A stretch of 64,000 bases of DNA from Candidatus Spyradenecus sp. GTDB taxonomy: Bacteria; Verrucomicrobiota; Verrucomicrobiia; Opitutales; UBA953. Position numbers and translations under genes: made by a program. The stretch covers positions 96,001 through 160,000 of the forward strand of contig JAZSKX010000014.1 of NCBI GenBank assembly GCA_045535075.1. The letters are read 5' to 3'. Positions 58,155 to 64,000 of the stretch are shown piece after piece; the stretch's first letter is position 1; each line of letters opens with the position of its first letter. The notes under the pieces are model-generated. The model was not told where the DNA came from. It ran no database searches and saw only the letters and a list, made by a program, of their open reading frames with translations.

Positions 58155-59537
58155 ATGCTCACCGTCGGAATTGTTTCTTTAGGTTGTCCCAAAAATCAAT
58201 CGGACTCGGAGGTGCTCATCGGGCACATGCTCGAAGCCGGAATGACGCTTACCGCTGATCCGCGCGAGGCGGACGCCGTCGTCGTCAACACCTGCTCGTT
58301 CATTCTCGACGCACGTAAGGAAAGCTTGGACGCGATTTCCGAAATGGCGAAAGAAGCCAAACGCCGCCGCAAAAGCGCCAAACCGCTTAAAATCGTCGTC
58401 GCCGGCTGTATGCCGCAACGCTACGGCGAAAAAATCCGCGAAATGATTCCGCAGGCGGACGCATTTATCGGTATTGATGAGCTGGAAAAAATTTCGCCGC
58501 TCATCGAAAAACTTTGCGGGAACGCCGGGAAGCCTCTCGCGAAAGACGGACGCGTTCCCGTCGCCGTTTCCAAGCGCCCGCGCTACATTCCGGATTATTC
58601 CACGCCGCGCGCGCGCCTTACGCTCCCGCACATCGCCAACGTCAAAATCGCCGAAGGCTGTAATCACGGTTGCGCGTTTTGTGCGATTCCCGGCATTCGC
58701 GGCAAACACCGTTCCCGCGCGATTGCCGATATTGTCGCCGAAGTAAAAACGCTTGTCCAAGTCAACGGCGTAAAGGAAATCAACCTGATTTCTCAGGATA
58801 CGACTTATTTCGGCATGGACACGTGGCAAAAAACAAAGGTCGGCAAAACCACGAAAGTTTCTTCCGAAGAAGGCGAATCGCTCGCCGTGCTTTTGCGCGC
58901 GCTCAACCGCATTCGCGGCGATTTCTGGATCCGCGTTTTTTACACGCACCCTGCGCATTGGAGCGACGAGCTGATTTCCGTTTTCGCCAAATGCAAAAAA
59001 GTCGTTCCCTACATTGATATTCCGCTTCAGCATATTTCCGACAACATGTTGGCTGCGATGAAGCGGGAAACCGACGGAAAGTATATCCGCGATTTAATTA
59101 CAAAAATCCGCAAGGGCATTCCCGGCGCCGTCATTCGCTCGACGTTCATTGTCGGCTTCCCCGGCGAAACCAAGGAAGATTTTGAGGAGCTTTCCGCATT
59201 TTTAGGCGAAGCAAAATTTGATCGCGTCGGCGTTTTCCAATATTCCAAGGAAGAAAACACACGTGCGGCGCTGATGCCGGACCAAGTTGCTCCCGCAGAA
59301 AAAGTGCGGCGTTGGAACGCGACGATGGTCCAACTTCAAAAAATTTCGCGGGAACGCATGCGATCCCGCGTCGGCGAAAAAATCCGCGTTCTCGTGGACG
59401 AGCCCGGAATCGCGCGCTCTGCCGGCGACGGCTTCGACGTGGACGGCTTGGTTTTCGTGCCGAAAAGCCTGCCCGTCGGAGAATTTGCGGAGGTAACCGT
59501 TACCGGCTACAAGGCTTACGATTTGATCGCGAAGTAA
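58155..59537 (+). CDS. rimO: Ribosomal protein S12 methylthiotransferase
   Basis: SLGCPKN, NTCSFI, KIAEGCNHGCAFCAIP and a C-terminal TRAM domain. Confidence 0.95.
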   Translation: MLTVGIVSLGCPKNQSDSEVLIGHMLEAGMTLTADPREADAVVVNTCSFILDARKESLDAISEMAKEAKRRRKSAKPLKIVVAGCMPQRYGEKIREMIPQADAFIGIDELEKISPLIEKLCGNAGKPLAKDGRVPVAVSKRPRYIPDYSTPRARLTLPHIANVKIAEGCNHGCAFCAIPGIRGKHRSRAIADIVAEVKTLVQVNGVKEINLISQDTTYFGMDTWQKTKVGKTTKVSSEEGESLAVLLRALNRIRGDFWIRVFYTHPAHWSDELISVFAKCKKVVPYIDIPLQHISDNMLAAMKRETDGKYIRDLITKIRKGIPGAVIRSTFIVGFPGETKEDFEELSAFLGEAKFDRVGVFQYSKEENTRAALMPDQVAPAEKVRRWNATMVQLQKISRERMRSRVGEKIRVLVDEPGIARSAGDGFDVDGLVFVPKSLPVGEFAEVTVTGYKAYDLIAK

Positions 59538-59563
59538 GTACGTTTTTCTCCGATTTTCGGAAT

Positions 59564-59605
59564 AAACAAAGCCGTTCCCGCAGGTGCGTGAACGGCTTTG
59601 TTTTT
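59564..59605. terminator. Bidirectional terminator containing one motif copy and one variant copy
   Basis: AAACAAAGCCGTTCCCGC-aggt-GCGTGAACGGCTTTGTTT. Confidence 0.75.
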
Positions 59606-59621
59606 AAAAGAAAATGACGTG

Positions 59622-60167
59622 TTAGATTGCGATGTATTTTCCGGCGGGAACATTGCAGACCGGGCATTTTTCCGGAGTGTCATTGTCGCCGAAAGTGTCG
59701 CCGCAGGTCGGGCAAACGTAATATTTTTTCGGGAGGGCGGAAACCGTTCCCGCGTTGATGGCGTCGATTGCGTTTTGGTAGAGCTGAGCGTGGATTTTTT
59801 CGACTTCGAGCGCTTGAGTGAAGCTCACGATAGCGGCTTTTTGTCCTTCGGCTTCGGCGTCTTTGAGGAAGTTCGGATACATTTCCGAGAATTCGTAAAC
59901 TTCGCCGGCTTTGGCGTGTGCGAGATTTTCGAGCGTCGTTCCTACTTCGATTTCAATTTTGAATTTCGGAAGTTCGCCTCCGAGTTTTTTTAGTACGCGG
60001 GCGTGGTTTGCGGCGTGAATGCTTTCTGCCTTGGAGGTGGCTTCAAACATTTTTTGAATTTCCGGATAGCCTTCGCGGGCGGCTTGCGCGGCAAATGCGG
60101 CATAGGTTGCGCCTGCGGTGGATTCTCCGATGATCCCGTCGATAAGATTTTTGATAGTGTTTTGCAT
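59622..60167 (-). CDS. Rubrerythrin family protein
   Basis: GES.A...Y, E..HA, GEVYE, EKIH and C-terminal CPTC...CPVC rubredoxin-like site; start placed at MQNTIK. Confidence 0.92.
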   Translation of the reverse strand: MQNTIKNLIDGIIGESTAGATYAAFAAQAAREGYPEIQKMFEATSKAESIHAANHARVLKKLGGELPKFKIEIEVGTTLENLAHAKAGEVYEFSEMYPNFLKDAEAEGQKAAIVSFTQALEVEKIHAQLYQNAIDAINAGTVSALPKKYYVCPTCGDTFGDNDTPEKCPVCNVPAGKYIAI

Positions 60168-60225
60168 AGCGTTGAAGATTTTCTCCTTTCTTCGAAAAAT
60201 AACAAGAACTCTTTTACGGGAACGC

Positions 60226-61062
60226 TCAGATAACGGCGAGTGTGAAGCCCATAAGCAACATTCCCGTGATAATTCCGTAAATCGAAAGATGGTGGAATCC
60301 CCAGCGTTCCGCCATCGGAAGTAATTCGTCGAAGGCGACGAAAACCATCGTTCCCGCGACCGAAGCGAAAAGAATTGAAAGCAGCGTTTCCGACAGGAAC
60401 GGGTACAGGACGAGCATTGCAATTCCGGCGCCAATCGGTTCCGCCAAGCCCGAAAGCATGGAGTATTTAAAGGCTTTTTTTCGGGAACCCGTTGCGTGAT
60501 AAATCGGAACGGAAACCGTGATTCCTTCCGGAATATTGTGCAGTGCAACTGCGATCGCAATCGGGATTCCGAGTGTGAGCGAGTTGATGCCCGCCGCAAA
60601 AGTCGCCATGCCTTCCGGAAAATTGTGTACGCCGATGGCGAGCGCAAAAAGAATCCCGGAACGCCGCATTTTCGAAGTTTCCGAAGCATTGTTTTCGGCA
60701 ACTTGAACGGGTAGGTGAAGTTCTTCAGGGTCGTGGGCTTCGTGCGGGTTCTCGTTTTCGGGAATGAGGCGGTCAATAAGCATTGCGATCAGCATTCCGC
60801 CGAAAAACGAGACTAGCCCGACAAGGTGTCCGTTAAATTTTCCGTAAGTTCCCGCGAGATTTTCCTGCGCAGATGCAAGCAGCTCGACAAAGCTGATATA
60901 AACCATGACACCCGCCGAAAGCCCGAGTAAAAATGTCAATAAACGTATGTTTGTTTTCTTTACAAAAAAACCGATGGCGCCGCCGACGCCGGTTGCAAGA
61001 CCTGCGAACGTCGTCAACGCGAGTACGGCGAGCATATTTTGCCAAGAGATTTCTTCAATCAT
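60226..61062 (-). CDS. zupT: ZIP family zinc transporter
   Basis: SAGVMVYISFVE, HNFPEG, HNIPEG, SGLAEP and DELLP motifs. Confidence 0.92.
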   Translation of the reverse strand: MIEEISWQNMLAVLALTTFAGLATGVGGAIGFFVKKTNIRLLTFLLGLSAGVMVYISFVELLASAQENLAGTYGKFNGHLVGLVSFFGGMLIAMLIDRLIPENENPHEAHDPEELHLPVQVAENNASETSKMRRSGILFALAIGVHNFPEGMATFAAGINSLTLGIPIAIAVALHNIPEGITVSVPIYHATGSRKKAFKYSMLSGLAEPIGAGIAMLVLYPFLSETLLSILFASVAGTMVFVAFDELLPMAERWGFHHLSIYGIITGMLLMGFTLAVI

Positions 61063-61257
61063 TGCGGGAACGCTATTTCATCGCCTTATGTGAGGCAATT
61101 ATTTTTAGGGCATGAGAAAACGAGTTTTCGGAATTTTCCCCGGAATTGTGTATTCCGACAGATAAAAGACTTGCATTCGGTTTTAAAATTTAAATCATTA
61201 CAAAATAATACAGGTTCAATATATTCGAAACGGGAATTCTCAAAAATTGTTTTACAG

Positions 61258-61674
61258 ATGACTACGAAAGATTATACGAAAATTTTGCGGCAACACGGAA
61301 TTCGTCCTTCCGTACAAAGGCTTGCCGTTTACGATTACCTTTGGAAAAACCGCACGCATCCGACGGCGGAAGAGATCTTTACGGCGTTGTCGCCTTCGAT
61401 TGCGACGCTTTCCCGAACGACGATTTATAACACCTTGCGCCTTTTTACGGAAAAAGGAGCTGCTCAGATGATTACCATCGAAGAAAAGGAAATGCGCTTT
61501 GACGTGCTGACCGAAATTCACGGGCATTTCAAATGTTCTTCCTGCGGGATGGTCTCGGATTTCGAGTTGGACGGCGATTCTATCCGCAAGCATCTTCCGA
61601 AAAATGCGCGAGGCGAAACTTTTCAGGTCCATGTTCACGGAACTTGTGCAAAGTGCGCCGGAAAGGAAAACTAG
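61258..61674 (+). CDS. Fur family transcriptional regulator (PerR-like)
   Basis: HPTAEEI, TIYNTL, HGHFKCSSCG and CAKC motifs. Confidence 0.9.
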   Translation: MTTKDYTKILRQHGIRPSVQRLAVYDYLWKNRTHPTAEEIFTALSPSIATLSRTTIYNTLRLFTEKGAAQMITIEEKEMRFDVLTEIHGHFKCSSCGMVSDFELDGDSIRKHLPKNARGETFQVHVHGTCAKCAGKEN

Positions 61675-61802
61675 CCCTAAAAGCAGATTTTAAATTTCCG
61701 CAAAGAGATCGATTGAAGAATCGGTCTCTTTTTTACGTTTACCGGGCTTAAATGCGCTATTTCCTTGCTGTTAAAAGCCGTGAAAATTAGATTGAACCTC
61801 TT

Positions 61803-64000
61803 ATGAAAGCACCGATTATTCTAATCAGTTCATTGGTCGTTTTGCCGTTTATGACCGCATGCGGAGACAATTGTTGTAAGCCGGTTCCCGCGGAGAATGC
61901 CGTTGTCGCGGAAGCTGTCGTTCCCGCAGAAAAAATTCAAAATCCGTTTCTTCAGGAGGGATATGCGATTCGCTGGTCGGCGCTGACTCCGGAAAATATT
62001 GTTCCCGATACGCAGATTGCAATTGCCCGTGCTCAAAAGGCAATTGATAAAATTTGTGCGCTTACGCCGGAGCAATTGACCTATGACAATGTCGTGGGCG
62101 TTTATTGGAACGAATTCATGGCGCCGTTTGATTTTTTCTCCAGCTTGCTTGCGCACGTGAAGGATGTTTGCATGACGGAGGAATACAATGCCGAGTACGA
62201 AAAGGCGCTTCCGCTTATCGCCGAATTTGGTACGAGTGTCGATCTCAACCCCAAGCTTTGGGAAATATTCAAGGCCTACGCGGGAACGGAAGACGCTAAA
62301 AACCTTTCGCCGCAGAAAAAGCGTTATTTGGATAAAATTATCAACGGTTTCCGCGACGGCGGGGCGGATCTTCCCGCAGATAAAAAGGAAGAACTTAAGG
62401 AAATCAGCAAAGAGTTGACGACTCTCCGTCAGAAATTCTCACGCAACGTTCTTGATTCCATCAATGCATACTCGCTTCTGGTAACCGATCCCGCCCGGCT
62501 TGCAGGCTTGCCCGAAACCGAGCGAGCCGCCGCTTTGGAAGAGGCAAAGAAAGCGGGGAAAGCGAGCGACGAAAAGCCGGCTTGGATGTTCACCCTGCGC
62601 GCTCCGTCTTACTCGCCTGCGGTGAAATATTTGGATGATGCGGCGCTACGCAAAGAACTTTGGGCTGCGGCGAATGCGCAGTGCATCGGCGGAGAATTTG
62701 ATAATACGAAAATTACGCGCCGTATTCTTGAACTGCGCCAAAAGCGGGCTGAGATTCTCGGCGAGAAGAATTTCTCGGATCTGATTTTGAAACGCCGCAT
62801 GGCGAAAAACGGCGAAACCGCCTACAATTTCGTCCTTGAGCTTCAAGGCAAAACCAAGGCGGCGTTCTTGCGCGAATACGAAGAACTGAAGGCATTTCGC
62901 AAATCTCAGGATGCTGCGTATGACGGCGGCAATTTTGAGCCTTGGGACGTGGCATATTGGTCCGAAAAAATGCGCAAGGCCAAATACGATTTCGATTCCA
63001 ATTCCGTGAAACCGTATTTCTCGATGGAAAACGTTATGGACGGCATGTTCCGCTTCTTTGAAGAACTGCACGGATTGCGTATTCGTGAAGTCCCGTCCGC
63101 ATTCGTCGAGCTCGGTTCCGGAAAAAGCGTTCCGGCGGGAACGGTCGAAGTTTGGCATCCGGAAGTCAAATTCTATGAGCTTTTCGATGCGGAAACGAAC
63201 GCTCGAATCGGCGTTTTTTATACGGACTGGTATCCGCGCGCGTCCAAACGATCCGGAGCATGGATGCATCCGCTTGCCGTCGGCGATCGTAAAGCCGGAA
63301 TTCCGAATTTCGGACTTGTTTGCGGGAACATGACGGCTCCGGTCGGGAACGAACCGGCTTTGCTCACGCACTACGATGTCGAAACCATCTATCACGAATT
63401 CGGACACTTGCTTCACCACCTGCTCGGCAATACGGAAGTTCCCGCGCTTAACGGTACCAGCGTGGCTTGGGACTTTGTCGAGTTCCCGTCGCAACTTAAC
63501 GAAAATTGGACTTGGGAGCCGAGCGTTTTGAAGCGCTTCGCGAAACATTATAAAACCGGAGAAGTCATTTCGCAGTCGATCATCGACGGAATGTTGCGTG
63601 CCCGCAATTTCCAGGCGGCGTATGCACAAATGCGCCAGCTGAGCTTCGCGGGAAGCGATCTTTACATCCATCGCAACGCAAAGGCAATCGCCGGTCGCGA
63701 AGTCAACGATGTAGGAATGGAACTTGCGCGGGATTATTCCTGGCCGATGAAAACGCAGTCGAATACGATTTTGAATCGCCTTACGCACATTTTCTCGGGC
63801 GGATATTCTTCCGGTTATTATTCCTACAAGTGGGCGGAAGCGCTTGAAGCCGACGCTTACCTGAGCTTTAAAAATCCGGACGGTTCCATTAACTTCGAGA
63901 AAGGAAAAGAATACCGCAAAAAAATTCTGGAACGCGGCGACACGGTTGACGCGAACGAACTCTTCCGCGACTTCGTCGGGCGCGAGCCGGATTGGAACGC
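61803..64000 (+). CDS. M3 family oligopeptidase (PrlC/Dcp-like), lipoprotein; 3'-partial, absent from the ORF track
   Basis: ATG 61803 begins MKAPIILISSLVVLPFMTAC. In-frame HEFGH at 63393, then WDFVEFPSQ and GYYSYKWAE. Upstream TTGCTG-17-TAGATT. Confidence 0.92.
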   Translation, partial: MKAPIILISSLVVLPFMTACGDNCCKPVPAENAVVAEAVVPAEKIQNPFLQEGYAIRWSALTPENIVPDTQIAIARAQKAIDKICALTPEQLTYDNVVGVYWNEFMAPFDFFSSLLAHVKDVCMTEEYNAEYEKALPLIAEFGTSVDLNPKLWEIFKAYAGTEDAKNLSPQKKRYLDKIINGFRDGGADLPADKKEELKEISKELTTLRQKFSRNVLDSINAYSLLVTDPARLAGLPETERAAALEEAKKAGKASDEKPAWMFTLRAPSYSPAVKYLDDAALRKELWAAANAQCIGGEFDNTKITRRILELRQKRAEILGEKNFSDLILKRRMAKNGETAYNFVLELQGKTKAAFLREYEELKAFRKSQDAAYDGGNFEPWDVAYWSEKMRKAKYDFDSNSVKPYFSMENVMDGMFRFFEELHGLRIREVPSAFVELGSGKSVPAGTVEVWHPEVKFYELFDAETNARIGVFYTDWYPRASKRSGAWMHPLAVGDRKAGIPNFGLVCGNMTAPVGNEPALLTHYDVETIYHEFGHLLHHLLGNTEVPALNGTSVAWDFVEFPSQLNENWTWEPSVLKRFAKHYKTGEVISQSIIDGMLRARNFQAAYAQMRQLSFAGSDLYIHRNAKAIAGREVNDVGMELARDYSWPMKTQSNTILNRLTHIFSGGYSSGYYSYKWAEALEADAYLSFKNPDGSINFEKGKEYRKKILERGDTVDANELFRDFVGREPDWN

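Larger units (their letters stand above)
32..63489. repeat. Dispersed, highly over-represented motif RCGGGAACG / CGTTCCCGY (DNA-uptake-sequence-like)
   Basis: Manual count in bases 1-11500: at least 44 CGGGAAC/GTTCCCG cores (23 on +, 21 on -), of which 38 extend to CGGGAACG. The motif recurs throughout the rest of the window. Confidence 0.9.

Noticed and set aside
59622..60776. 384-aa ORF suggesting an extended rubrerythrin
   Set aside because: The N-terminal part overlaps zupT out of frame; the rubrerythrin domain starts at 60167.
135..63788. Long antisense or alternate-frame ORFs (e.g. 135-1748, 1909-3273, 23316-24713, 48217-49893, 62646-63788)
   Set aside because: They are shadows of well-supported genes and have no recognisable motifs.
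1..64000. tRNA, rRNA, transposase or prophage genes
   Set aside because: None recognised by eye; a covariance-model scan was not possible.

Overview
Bacterial chromosomal window, probably from a host-associated Verrucomicrobiota/Opitutales genome. This is inferred from the PEP-CTERM proteins, an exosortase, an Akkermansia-like Cas9 and a GH95 fucosidase. Most of the window is housekeeping genes (lepA, guaB, rpoN, ispD, gmk, pyrD, uppS, cdsA, ilvB, ilvA, rimO, thiD). It also holds an apparently intact type II-C CRISPR-Cas locus (cas9-cas1-cas2, a 6-repeat array and a tracrRNA), a 1149-aa PATR-repeat/PEP-CTERM surface protein, and a family of ~300-bp palindromic REP/REPIN-like elements. The strongest unexplained signal is a non-palindromic motif, RCGGGAACG (reverse complement CGTTCCCGY). 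It occurs about 3-4 times per kb on both strands in the stretch counted, sits inside genes in several reading frames, and forms inverted pairs that make up the stems of many terminators. That pattern matches the DNA uptake sequences of Neisseriaceae and Pasteurellaceae; I know of no such system described for this lineage. All counts are manual and all gene calls come from motif recognition, not database searches.
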